Source: the human T2T-CHM13v2.0 reference genome, Homo sapiens. Taken from it: a stretch of DNA of 64,000 nt. Shown here piece after piece: positions 40,701-52,905 of the stretch (positions are counted from its first letter, which is position 1; each line of letters opens with the position of its first letter). The notes below the pieces were generated by a model that saw only the letters and a list, made by a program, of their open reading frames with translations, did no database searches and had not been told where the DNA came from. The position numbers and the translations under genes were made by a program. The stretch is taken from assembly GCF_009914755.1 (NCBI RefSeq), contig NC_060930.1; one strand, 5' to 3'.

Positions 40701-42050
40701 TGATGATCATTTCCTTAAACCTCTGTAAAATTAACTACTAAATGCTGGTACTTTAAGAAAAATCATGTTGGTGCTTTCAGAAAAAGCAAAATAATGGTAA
40801 TTTTTATTTGTTAGAAAAATTAATGAGCAGATGTACTTGAGTCATTTCCTCCCTTCATTCTAGGGCTTCAGAGAATTCCAGATGATGAAAGCTACAGCTT
40901 ACTTCTTACTTTTTGCCTGTTGATTTTCTATGGCCAGAACAAACCAGAGCAGTCATGAGCCACCCCTTTGTTAGTGCTTTTTATCTGTCTCCTTCTTCTA
41001 GTCTAAAATATACTTTCTCATAATAATGCAGAATGTAACCGCGATTCACAATCCTGTTTAGCTGCTTGGCCAAGACATTCACCTTGCACATAGGAGCCAG
41101 CTCTAAGTCACCACTGCTTCTTCACCTCATGATCTGGCTGAGGGCAAAGCACAGACAGTTGCCTACAGAAAGGCAACTGACCTCCTTTATTTTCTACCAG
41201 GCATTTCGGAAGGTTCCCATGTTAGTCATGAGTTGGAACCTGGAAATAGAAAGTTCTGGTCAGTTCCTCCATTGGTGTTATTCCGTCACATTGTTCTATC
41301 AGAGACATGTCTTAGAACTATATTTCTCTTCTTGCTTCATCTCTGATATTTTCTTTTATACTTTCTTTTGTATAATCTGCCTTCACAGTTGCCAATAGCC
41401 ATCTTCCACTCAATTAAGTTTATCTTATCTGTTCCAGACAGTTCAACCCTATCATATAGGAACAGAGAGACTGAATGGGTAAAGAAATTATTGGAATCAC
41501 TCCTCTACCACAGAGCAAAATTGTAAGATCAAGCAAATCAATATATGAAGAAAAGCGAGAGGTTATTTGGTCTTGGTCTTTTGTAATGTTCCTTTTTGCA
41601 AAAGCTGGGACTTAATTCAATCCCTATTCAGTTTACCTCCTTGTTAGATGATGCATTTTAGGGAATGGTGCAGTCAATGCTAAAGTGAAGTTAAGTCATC
41701 AGCCAAGTCATGGAAGGGTGTGGGTGTGGGTGAGATATAACAGTGCTGTTCCTTAAGGCAGCCCCTGCCCCTCAAAACCATCATGGCACTTTGTAGGAGG
41801 CCAGAACTGCTCTGCTGAACTGCCAAGAGATTGGAGTCTGATGTAAAGGTACAGCTGTTTGTCTTTATTATGCCATTAATAGTGAAACAAGGAAGGATCT
41901 ACTTAAGGAATAAAAATAAGCTTTTCCTATTGTAGTATAAACCATTTTTTTGTAGGAGATGCTATGCCCAAATATTAATGTATAATTTTCAGGTGTATAT
42001 TTTTAAATTTATTCATCTTAACCTGACTACCATATTCTCTTATTTTACAG

Positions 42051-42056
42051 CAATGA
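42051..42056 (+). CDS. MLIP: MLIP terminal exon coding part: CAA TGA (Gln-stop)
   Basis: Branch-like cctgac plus ttctcttattttacag acceptor; completes ...EALDSKEQ*. Confidence 0.85.
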   Translation, partial: Q

Positions 42057-42385
42057 AGTTGGAGCAGAGGCTGAAAACACAGGCTGCTGAAGTTTTTTGG
42101 AATGCTGGTGCTAACCACTTGCTAGATTTAACTTTTTTTTTTTTTTCCAGAATGAGTGCTCCCTTTATGAGCTGCAGTGCAGCAGAACCAAAAAAAAAGT
42201 TTGCTGCAATTATATAGCATCACAGTGCTCTGCTAACAGCCAGCATAGAAGAGATTTACCTACAGCTTTTTGCACCACTGTTCTAGCCTTTAATGCCTTC
42301 TACTTAATATTAAGCTGACCGCAATACTAACGTGCCCCTATATTTGGCAGCCAAATAAAGAAGAATCGTGGGTAAATAGAAGAAT
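42057..42385 (+). other. MLIP: MLIP 3'UTR (~320 nt; 3' end approximate)
   Basis: Unique sequence between the stop and AATAAA; G/T-rich element downstream (gctgtgactattttt). Confidence 0.75.
42354..42359 (+). terminator. MLIP: Polyadenylation signal AATAAA
   Basis: First AATAAA after the stop codon. Confidence 0.75.
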
Positions 42386-43364
42386 GGCTGTGACTATTTT
42401 TCAATACAAATTTTATTTAATGCATACATTTCTAACTGAGTCAGGTTTTTATTCCCCTTTTACTTCACTTTTTTACATGAAAAAAATCACAACTTTTAAA
42501 GTAACTAATTAGCTTTCAGAAGACGCTGATATTCAGAGGTTCTCTGGTGAGATCTTGAACATGAGAAAGTTGGTATTTTGTATAACACACATTGCTTTCC
42601 TGTTCTGTTGGGATTCGGTGCTGCTGGGACAGACTATGTGCCAGGAGCAGCCCAGTGCTGATGAACATCGCGTTACTGGAGTGTCTGTGTCTGGGATACC
42701 ACTGTCTCTCTGCCTGTCACCACATGATTCTTGTGAAGACTACTTTAGAGTTAGTTTGTATCCAAAATCCTGAGAGCAGCAGAGACCATAGAGCAAACCC
42801 ATACTTGATGACAGTCCTGAGAGCCCCCTAGAGGCACATCATGTGCCCACCGTGTTGGCCATCTTCAATTTATTTCCCAGTTGTCATCCCCAGCAGTCTG
42901 TCCTAGCCCCCTCTAAGTGATTTCCTTCTTCTGCTCATATGGGAAGCCTAGGATAACACACATTAAGAAAGAACAGGAGTCTGGACAGTGAGCCCCTGAT
43001 GGTAAAGCAGTCTTGGGAAAACTGGCTTCATTCACTCTTTGCACATTGCCCATGTTCTCTGTGGAGCCAGCTCTGAGCCACAGTGCCCCTAAATCAAGCT
43101 TCATCACCCAGTCCCATCACCCAAACTCAAGCAGGGAGAGTGACCTATAGAAGAGCAACTAGGCTCCTTCATTCTCCAATAGCCATTTTAGAATGTTCTA
43201 ATTTCAGCTATTATTTGACAAATGGAAATAAATACTTCTCAATGTCCCCTTTGTTGGTGTTAGAGAAGCAAAGGAGGCTCAATAAAGCCCTCTGCTCATC
43301 TCTCCTTCCCCCCAAAAAAACCATTTCTCCATCAACCTGATAAATTGTGTGGAGCATCACTTTA

Positions 43365-43600
43365 GATTATTAATAATGATCTCTAACATTCACTGTGCTC
43401 TTATCATGAGCAATGCACCACACCAAGTACTTTACATGAATGTAATTTAACCTCCACAATGAGCCTGTGATGTTGGTAATATTATTATCCATATTTTATT
43501 TTTGTGAGAACAGGCTCCTCCAAATGGTTAAATTAAGCTAGTAAGTGGCAGCGGCAGAATTCAAGTCCAAGTAATCTGATTCTAAGACCAAGCCACTTAC
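43365..43600 (-). mobile_element. MIR
   Basis: tttaacctccacaatgagcctgtgatgttggtaatattattatcc; gctagtaagtggcagcggcagaattcaagtccaag. Confidence 0.75.
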
Positions 43601-43759
43601 TCAATCATTTGTGTAGTTATTTACGCAGTCATTTTTGGATCTCCAGTGTAAAAGGGTGACTTGATTACACTCCTCAGCTCATGGCAGATTTCTGTCACAA
43701 ATTTGGGCAAGCCCCCCTCATGTATGCTTGTTGATTAATGATCATCATTTATAAGAATT

Positions 43760-44285
43760 TCTATCTTCCCTTCTCTGCTGTATGCACACATTCTTATTTA
43801 TTTAATGTATATCTTTTGCTCATATATGTTTTGAAGATGTACATTGTTTTGTCTGCATATATATTTAATAAATATAAATGGTATTGCTTATATTCTGTTT
43901 TTTTTTTTTGTTTTTTTCTACTCAGCTCTGTTTTTAAAGCTTTATACACATTGCTCTATAGACATCTATTATATTGTGTTCTCACAGCTGCGTGGTAGAG
44001 TCTCATCACATTTTACTTATCTACCCGCCCAGCCTTGGTCTCTCAGGTTGTTTTCCTGTACCAACTGTTGTGATGTACATTCTTGCATGTGCCCCCTTGT
44101 GGACCTCTGTGAGAATTTCTCTGGAATACATACATAGGACTAGAATTGTTTAATCCTGAAGTTCCCATGTACTTAATTTGATGAAATCCTCCCAGATTAC
44201 TTTTTAGAGTAGCTGCACCATTTTTTATTCCCATCAGCAATGCATTAGGTTTCTTATATCCCCAAGTACCTTTCCACCTTTGAAG
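43760..44285 (-). mobile_element. L1M 3' fragment
   Basis: tgtacattcttgcatgtgcccccttgtggacctctgtgagaatttctctggaatacatacatagg. Confidence 0.7.
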
Positions 44286-44453
44286 GTCTGATCTTTGAAA
44301 CATTAGGATCCAATGTCATTGGAGGCAACTCTTAAAATGGGAAGGTTGTTTGACGTGGTGTCCTATTCATCCTATATTTTCCAATTCTCTAAGACTTTTA
44401 TACCCTTTAACTCATTGCAATTTTCAGTCAAGTATTATTATCTTCATTTCATT

Positions 44454-44891
44454 TGTCAACCTAAATAACAGAGTGAGGCCCTTAAAAGAAAAAGAAATTT
44501 ATTTGGGAGTAGAATATTGCGGTGGGTATACATAGGCTATAGTAAACTATTTGCATGCATATTAAGGGAAGTAAAAAACAATAAAGAATTTTAAAGGAAA
44601 AAATGAGGAGGATTACATGATAATTTTGAAATAATTATCCTTAACTGCAAATATCAGTAACAAAGGTGACACCAGTTCAAGATTGGATAGGCAGTTGCTG
44701 TCCTTGTAGAAATATTTTGTTGTATAAGCTTCCCATGGCTTTTGTACAAGGTTGTGATTTTGCAGAGTTTTCTGTAATAGCTTTTATCAGGCATAGTAGC
44801 AGGAGAACTCTCTCTTCATGGCCGTTTCTGGCTCTATCAGATTTTTGTTTTTAAATGTTTGTGACTCCATTTTGATTCTGACAACTTTCAC
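44454..44891 (-). mobile_element. ERV1 solo LTR (MER65-like), inserted in a MIR
   Basis: Reverse strand begins gtgaaagttgtcagaatcaaaatggagtcac and ends ...ggttgaca; MIR halves on both sides. Confidence 0.6.
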
Positions 44892-45254
44892 TTGTTACTG
44901 AAACATTTGAGACCGACAGGTTATTTGACTGAGGTCACCAAATTAGTGAATGACAAACCTAGCACAAGGTCTTTTGATTTTCCTACTGTGTCATTGCTAC
45001 AAATTGCTGCATCTGAACATCATGGTTTAATTTATTTGTTCAGTTTCTCAGTAAAGAACAAAGTCTTAAGAGCGTGAGCATAGGAAAGGCAAGTGTTGAT
45101 TATTGGGAGAACATGGGACATGAATTAGTGACTTTTCAGTTTGGTGAGCAGCACATTCAGTGCACTAAGGAGGTTGGGGGCACTATGTATGTTTCTGAGG
45201 AGGAAGGAGATGGGGACAGATGATGTGGAATTTGCCAGGTACTGAGACTGCATC

Positions 45255-45490
45255 TTTATTTGGGTTCTTCCAGAAGCGAACTCTAAGACAAGGATTTAGT
45301 GTAAGTAGTTTATTTGGGAGATAATAATAGGAAACACTGATAAGGAAGTGAGGAAGTAAGCTAGGGAAGCCAGTTACTACATTGGGCAACTACTGTAGTT
45401 TATTTCCACTAAGAAATTTGAGGACACAGGTTGAACAGTCCTCAGACTTCATTCAGTTTAGAGGAAAGGAAACTAGGGTAGTAATTCTTA
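45255..45490. mobile_element. LTR33-like ERVL LTR fragment
   Basis: gggttcttccagaagcgaactctaagacaaggatttagtgtaagtagtttatttgggag. Confidence 0.65.
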
Positions 45491-48400
45491 AGTCTGACTA
45501 TTAACCTTTACGTGACTATGGCTGTGACTTCCCTCTTTATAAAGCTTTTGTTTTTTTCGGACTTTTCATTACACATCACCGGTGGGACCCATTATTTTCT
45601 TGTGAAATTTTAATTTGGTGAAAATGGAAGGTCTTTTGAATATTGTTCTTCATAGTCTCTGAAGTAAAGTGCAGAAACAAAGAGATAATTGAAAGCTTAA
45701 GTAACAAGGGAATATTCTCAGAACTTTATCTATTGGGCAAGCAGAAAAATCTGCAATTAGGACAGGGAACAAAAATTCTACTTTAACTAGACTGCTGCAG
45801 ATTTCTACATGTGAATTGTTTATCAATTAGAAATTAAATCAACTGTATGAGATGATAACTTGATTTATAAGAAGAAAAGATTGCTTTGCTTAGAGTAAAT
45901 CCAGAGGTCTTAGAGTAATCAACTAGTAGTTAGAAAATATTTCTGGATTTGTTTAAAATATATAGCACATTTGGGGGACATTTCATATATTCCTGTGGTA
46001 GGTTGTAAAATTAAATGTTTTGTTCCCTTCATACTTTAAAATGTATTATTTTCAATTTATTTGACTAGAAATAGGCTTTTCTCTTCATTTTATAGTTTAA
46101 TAAAAACGCTTTAATTTCTTATAAAAGTTTTCTAACAGATGTATATACAATTGCTCAACATCACTTAAGCACCTGAGTCCATATTTTCCTTAATTGGAAA
46201 CTCTGGGGATAAATTCAAAAAATAAAACCACACAACAGGCAGAGGAAGAGTCATAAATGCTAAAAAAAAGAAGGAAAAGTAAAAAAGACAAATTTTTCCA
46301 GGGGGCTACAGATTGTGATTTAAAAATATTGAACAGAATATCTAAATTGAAACAATGGAAAACTCAATTAAAAATATGTTTAGCCAAAAATATGTTCTGT
46401 GGAAGTACTAAGAGGCAAAAGGTTCTGATAATAATGTGAATAGAACTGGATAATATTTCTCACAAGGCTTAGAAGCCTTTTCAACTTCGAGCTGAGTTAA
46501 ATCACTTAAGGGCGTAGAAATTCTAGAGATTTTGTCAACTCTGCTTTTGAGTCACAGTTCAGTCTTTTTGTTTTTCTTTTTAAATCAATACTAGTTTAGG
46601 TAAAAATAGCAGAAGTTGTGGAGAAATTAAAGTTAGCAGCTTACTTCTCTTTTCCAACTAACAGATAAAGTTTGTAAAACCTTTTACTTAAGTCATTTAA
46701 GATTAGAGAAAGAAGTAGATTTTGAAGAATGCGTAGTAGGCCAGGCTCTGAACTTTTAAGAACTGGTGCTCAGTTAATATTAGGTAGGTTCAACAGAATT
46801 TAGGAAAGTATACCAACAAGGACTGAAGCTTTCATTCATTATTATATACTAAGGCAGTAATACTAGGGAGAAAATTCTATTTTTCAAAATTTGTTTTTGC
46901 ACACAACTAATAATATTTACATAAAAGGGAGAAAACAAAAATGTGTACTTTCTTCTAAGTTTCCAGTCCTATCACTGCTCACAGATTTTGCTTGCATTTT
47001 TGCATCGGGCGTAATAATAAGGGAGATTAAACGTTAAGGTTAAGATGTGGCAGAATTGGATTGGAATTTTGGTCTTTTTTTCTCTGAAGGTCTTTTTCCT
47101 CTACAAGTGTTTTTCCATTTTTCTTCTGCCATGAGTCAAACAGTTAACACTCTCTTGGAAGTCACATTCCCTTCTCTAAGGGTACATCAGTAAGAGCTAT
47201 GAATGGAGATTATGACAGGTGGGAGCCTCTTTACCAGCTCGGGCGGCAAATAGTTTCAAGTCTGATTTTTCAGATTAACGGTTCAAGTTTCCACTTGCCC
47301 AACAAGCAGGAAATCTGAATAACTATGTTTGGATATTCTCCTCTGAATCCCCTTGCCCAAAGCCTCCTTTATGCAAGATGAAACTCCTTTTTGGGAACTA
47401 AGCTCCACTTCTCTCAGACAATCTTGATGGGCACAATACTACTCAAACAATTCTTCCTAAATTAACAAAATCTGCTTTAAAGAGACTGTTTCTTGAACTA
47501 TGGACATAGTTCTGTATTTTTGATTTCTCTTTTCAAACTTCTGCCTTACTTGACACTCCATTACAATACAGGAGGATTTAGAGATTACATCCATTTCAGT
47601 GGCATGCCAGCTGCTCTTCCTCTCTTCTTCTGCACGTGCTAGTGCTTTACCACTCTAATATTGAAAACTTCTGTTATAACACCCTATTCCCTGAATAATT
47701 GAGAAAACCCAGTGTGATTTGTTCACCACTTCAGAATACACTTGCTAAATCATTCTCAATAGTAATATGTAGAATGCTGCCTCTAGTTAAGACTGGCTTA
47801 ACACATCCCTGCTTGCTAAGATAAATTCAATGCCCTCTCCAAGATTTCTGTGAATTCCCAAAGATTATATTTTTCTAGAGCAAATTCCTAGCTTCTATGG
47901 AACATTCATGTCCTACTTCGCATCTTGCTGAAACATTCTTAGCACGCCTTCAGTGTGGATCACATTCCCTTTACCTGAGAATCCCTACCTACAAGTCCCC
48001 TACACCAAGGTATAAGCTAGACTTTTACTGAAGATTTGTGAGCTATGGTGATAACTGAGAGATGAAGACTTATTACATGTCAACAAATGACGGACTATTT
48101 AAATTGGATTTTAGACTTCCTAGTTCTTAAAAAGGAATGAGTCATTTATGACAAATTGGCATCTTCCATTTCCACCTTGCTGTTTGGAGTCCTTCTCTCA
48201 TTTTCTCTCTCCTTAACTTCATTCTGTCCACAAATTGCTTCTTAATTTTTATACAACTGTTTTACTATCTCTTTCTTAGATCTTCTATCCATCTAAATAG
48301 CTTATTGATTTTTCTAAATAAAAAGCTTCTTTCCTCAGAGCTGCGTCAAGAGATACAATAATAAGTAATGCCATTAGTGCTCAGAAAGTAGTAGCCAAAA

Positions 48401-49681
48401 TTTTCACCTAAAAATCTACCACAACTTTTTTCCCGTTCTTACTTTAAAGAAAGTGAAAATATCACAAAACTTCAGCAAATTGGAATCATCATAGTAAAAC
48501 AAACAACAAAAGAATCCCTCAAACCCAACCCCAAAAACAGTTTTGTTGGTCCCTTCTGGAGTTGCTCCTCAGGCATTCCCTGCCCAAGGTGAGACAACCA
48601 GCCACAGAGCTCCCACAACGGGCTACTCTTTAGCCCCTTTCACCTACTGAGACCTTCTATCTTCTCAGCTACTCTGCCACTAACACACTTGGACTCTCCC
48701 TCATTGCCAGGCCCCTTTCATATCAATAACTTGAGTTTGGACCACATCCTGAGCTCTGATATGACACTCCCCTGAGGGACTGATCCCTCAGCTTGATGGT
48801 CCTCTATCCTATTCAAGTCACTGGTACGGCTGTGGAGATCTCAGGTCTGAGGGCCTGAGTGTCGGAGTGGGTGTTCACTAGACTGGAACTGTTTTGGAGT
48901 CTTAGTTGGTGGTCATGCATTGATTAATAAGCTATGGTGAAGGTAATCAATGCTTTCTACCTTAGAAGTAGACAGTAATAGTCAGAGAAACACTGAAATG
49001 CGCAGTTCACTGAAAGTAAGCTTGACTTTCTGGGAAAATGACTAGAAAAATTTTTAGTTTCTATTGGCTATGTGAAAGTTGTACTTTAGAGGATTTAAAT
49101 AGAGCAGAATTTATGAGACCAAGTTGCAAATCAGCTCTAAAACCCAAAGTCATTTTGGTTACATAAGACACATTTTTAGGCTTATGAAAATTTTACATGT
49201 CAGGCCATTTCCTAAGTGAGGGCTTTATCTCTACAATTAATAAAATATATAAATGGAAACCTGCAGCTGGCTGAATTGTCCTTTCTGTTCACATCGTATT
49301 TCCATTTATGCTTAGAGCCGGAATTTAACTTAAAAAACACGCTTTGTACACCTGATAAGCTTCTGCTTTATTGTACTCCCCTGGGAAAAGAATTTCAGAT
49401 ATTCGTAACGAAGAGAGCTTCTTTTGCTGTCAGGGCCAGCTAGACACAACCTCAGAGAAGGCTTTCCTGGAAAACACTTCTCAGTCACCTCTTGGACATG
49501 GTAGCTGATTAGGCAGTCATTTTAGGCTTCTGGCTTTGGAAGTGTCACAGCCCGCTAGCACCTTCCCTGATTCAGGGCTGGGGGTTAGGCAAAGGAATAA
49601 AAGTAGATGAGTTGTCAAATCATTCTTTCATTTTAATCTAGTCACATTTCCCCAGCCTCTGAGCTTCCCAATGTACTTCCC

Positions 49682-49795
49682 AATACATACACCCTCCTGA
49701 CACACACATACTTCTACACGCACACCACACACACACTGCACAACCACTTTTTCTTCCTCACATACATACACCTTCACACAAATAGACACACTCCT
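49682..49795 (+). repeat. Degenerate CA-rich repeat
   Basis: cacacacata...cacaccacacacacactg. Confidence 0.7.
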
Positions 49796-51534
49796 GTACC
49801 TGATGACTACTAGTGGAATTATAAGCATGCTCTTTTAGTTCTGATGGCTCCAGAATAATCTAACCTTTTGAATATTTTAACACAGACTAATGAACACCAA
49901 TGTGGTGGGATATGCCTGCTTTTGTAGAAACCCAAGGTGTTAGGGGCTAAGACAACTCTTCTCAGTCAGAATGGCAACCATTTGGTATCAGTCTTCCCCA
50001 TCCCTTATCCCATACTCATGCCAGAATATTTTTCTGATCATGGTCTTGAGCTATGGAGTCTAGGTTTGGCTTCAGAATCCTCCACACAGAGTTCCAGCCA
50101 GCCATAATCATAAGGTAGTAACTTATGTTCCAGCTGAAACCTGTTACCACCCCTGTCCTGAAGTGTTGCAGTTTGGCCCTTTGACAACACTTTCCTTTGT
50201 GCTCTATTTTTCCTCCCCATTTCTCATTCACTCTGGAGGTCTGAACCAACTCAGATTCTCAGCACTCCTTCTATCATCAGACAAGTGGTGTTTATGCTCT
50301 GGGTTCTGTACTTCAAGAGGCCCTCAGCTTTGGAGTACCTTCCCTAAAGTGTCTAAAACCCCCTTTGATTACTGTGATGAGCCAGGATTGGCAGTGCTAC
50401 CCAAATGGGGCATCCTGAGTTGGCACAAGGAACTGCATGGGCCCTTGTCCCCATTTCTCCCATGCAGAGTATCTTGACTCTATTTTTTGCTTGGGTCAAC
50501 CAGGTACTCTAAGATGCTCAGAGACCCATGCCTAGAGGGATGTCCCAAAGTCAGGCCCCAGTACCAGGAGAATGGTCTGGTAAGCAGACCACCCTAGCTG
50601 TGCTGTGTTATTTCTTTCATGCAAGGTTGGGCCTCCACATAGTCCTGATATGCCAATTCTTGCCAACTCAAGAATTTTTGCTTATATAGACAAAAATTCC
50701 ACAAAATATAGTCTTGCTGCAATGTTAACACCATTAGAGTTCTACTTATCTTTCCTTCCTGCCAATTTCTCAAAACTCATTAATTTTATTGTACAAAAGA
50801 AATAATATACTTGCAACATTTTCAAAATTAAAATGTACTTGTCCTAGTTCCTAGTGCCAATAGGACACAATGTCATTGATTGACCTAACAAGGGGGCTGT
50901 CTGAGAGACCTAATTTTGGTCAATGAGATTTAAGAGAAAGCCTACTTAGGGGTTTCTAGGAAGCGTTTCATAGCTCTTAAAAAAAGACATAATAGGACAG
51001 TGATGTAAGGAAGATAGTGGAATAGGAAGATCCATATTTTCTTTACTCCCATGGAAACACCAATATAAGAACAATACATGAACCAATTCCTTTTATGAGA
51101 AATCAAGAAGCCAGTTAATAGTTTCCTGCACCCTGACAAGCATAGAATAAGCTGCATCAAAGATAACAGGAAAACTTGTGGCAGTCTTTTGTCACAGTTC
51201 CTTTCCCTAGCCTAGCACCAGCAATATACAATCAGGAGAAAACTCCAAGCTATTAGCTTCTCTGGGTGGAGAAAGAGAGAAGACTCTGCCTTAGTACTAT
51301 GCTCTGACATTTTGTGGGACTGTTCAAGGGGTTGACACCTTCTTTTCTGTCTTGGAGCACTGACAGGACCTAGCAAAATCCAGATATTTGGGGGTCACTG
51401 GGAATAAAAAAAGAGTTGTGCAGGGTGCTAATGCTCCTGAGGGTCTATTATAGAGCATACAGAGCCTGATACAGCATGACGACCTCTCCCTTAGCAGAAT
51501 AGAGAAGAGGAGAGTGTGCATCCAACATTCCAGC

Positions 51535-52905
51535 TTTTTTTTTTAATTATACTTTAAGTTCTAGGGTACGTGTGCACAATGTGCAGGTTTGTTACATATG
51601 TATGCATGTGCCATGTTGGTGTGCCGCACCCATTAACTTGTCATTTACATTGGGTATATCTCCTAATGCTTTCCCTCCCCCCTTCCCCACCCCACAACAG
51701 GCCCTGGTGTGTGATGTCCCCCTTCCCGTGTCCAAGTGTTTTCACTGTTCAATTCCCACCTATGAGTGAGAACATGTGTTGTTTGTTTTTTTGTACTTGC
51801 GATAGTTTGCTGAGAATGATGGTTTCCAGCTTCATCCATGTCCCTACAAAGGACATGAACTCATCATTTTTTATGGCTGCTTAGGATTCCATGGTGTATA
51901 TGTACCACATTTTCTTAATCCAGTCTATCATTCATGGACATTTGGGTTGGCTCCAAGTCTTTGCTATTGTGAATAGTGCCACAATAAACATACGTGTGCA
52001 TGTGTCTTTATAGCAGCATGATTTATAATCCTTTGGGTATATACCCAGTAATGGGATGGCAGGGTCAAATGGTATTTCTAGTTCTAGATCCTTGAGGAAT
52101 CACCACACTGACTTCCACAATGGTTGAACTAGTTTACAGTCCCACCAACAGTGTAAAAGTGTTCCTATTTCTCCACATCCTCTCCAGTCAGCACCTGTTG
52201 TTTCTTGACTTTTTAATGATCGTCATTCTAACTGGTGTGAGATGGTATCTCATTGTGGTTTTGATTTGCATTTCTCTGATGGCCAGTGATGATGAGCATT
52301 TTTTCATGTGTCTATTGGCTGCATAAATGTCTTCTTTTGAGAAGTGTCTGTTCATATCCTTCGCCCACTTGTTGGTGGGGTTGTTCGTTTTTTTTCTTGT
52401 AAATTTGTTTGAGTTCTTTGTAGATTCTGGGTATTAGCCCTTTGTCAAAATTTTGACAAAATTTTCCAAAAATTTTCTCCCATTCTGTAGGTTGCCTGTT
52501 CACTCTGATGGTAGTTTCTTTTGCTGTGCAGAAGCTCTTTAGTTTAATTAGATCCCATTTGTCAATTTTGGCTTTTGTTGCCATTGCTTTTGTTGTTTTA
52601 GACATGAAGTCCTTGCCCATGCCTATGTCCTGAATGGTATTGCCTAGATTTTCTTCTAGGGTTTTTATGGTTTTATGTCTAACATGTAAGTCTTTAATCC
52701 ATCTTGAATTAATTTTTGTATAAGGTGTAAGGAAGGGATCCAGTTTCAGCTTTCTACATATGGCTAGCCAGTTTTCCCAGCACCATTTATTAAATAGGGA
52801 ATCCTTTCCCCATTTCTTGTTTTTGTCAGGTTTTTCAAAGATCAGATGGTTGTAGATATGTGGTATTATTTCTGAGGGCTCTGTTCTGTTCCATTGGTGT
52901 GTATC
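51535..52905 (-). mobile_element. L1PA4-5-like 3' ~1.4 kb fragment
   Basis: Poly-T, L1 3'UTR; ORF 52312-52620 [31 protein letters not shown] is ORF2p. Confidence 0.95.

Noticed and set aside
41978-42217. 79-aa ORF over the terminal exon
   Set aside because: Starts in the intron and is out of frame with the spliced MLIP CDS.
42337-42347. CArG-like cctatatttgg in the 3'UTR
   Set aside because: Seven A/T between CC and GG, not the required six.
49901-50639. Possible old LTR (tgtgg...ccaca ends)
   Set aside because: Could not match it to a family or find a TSD with confidence.
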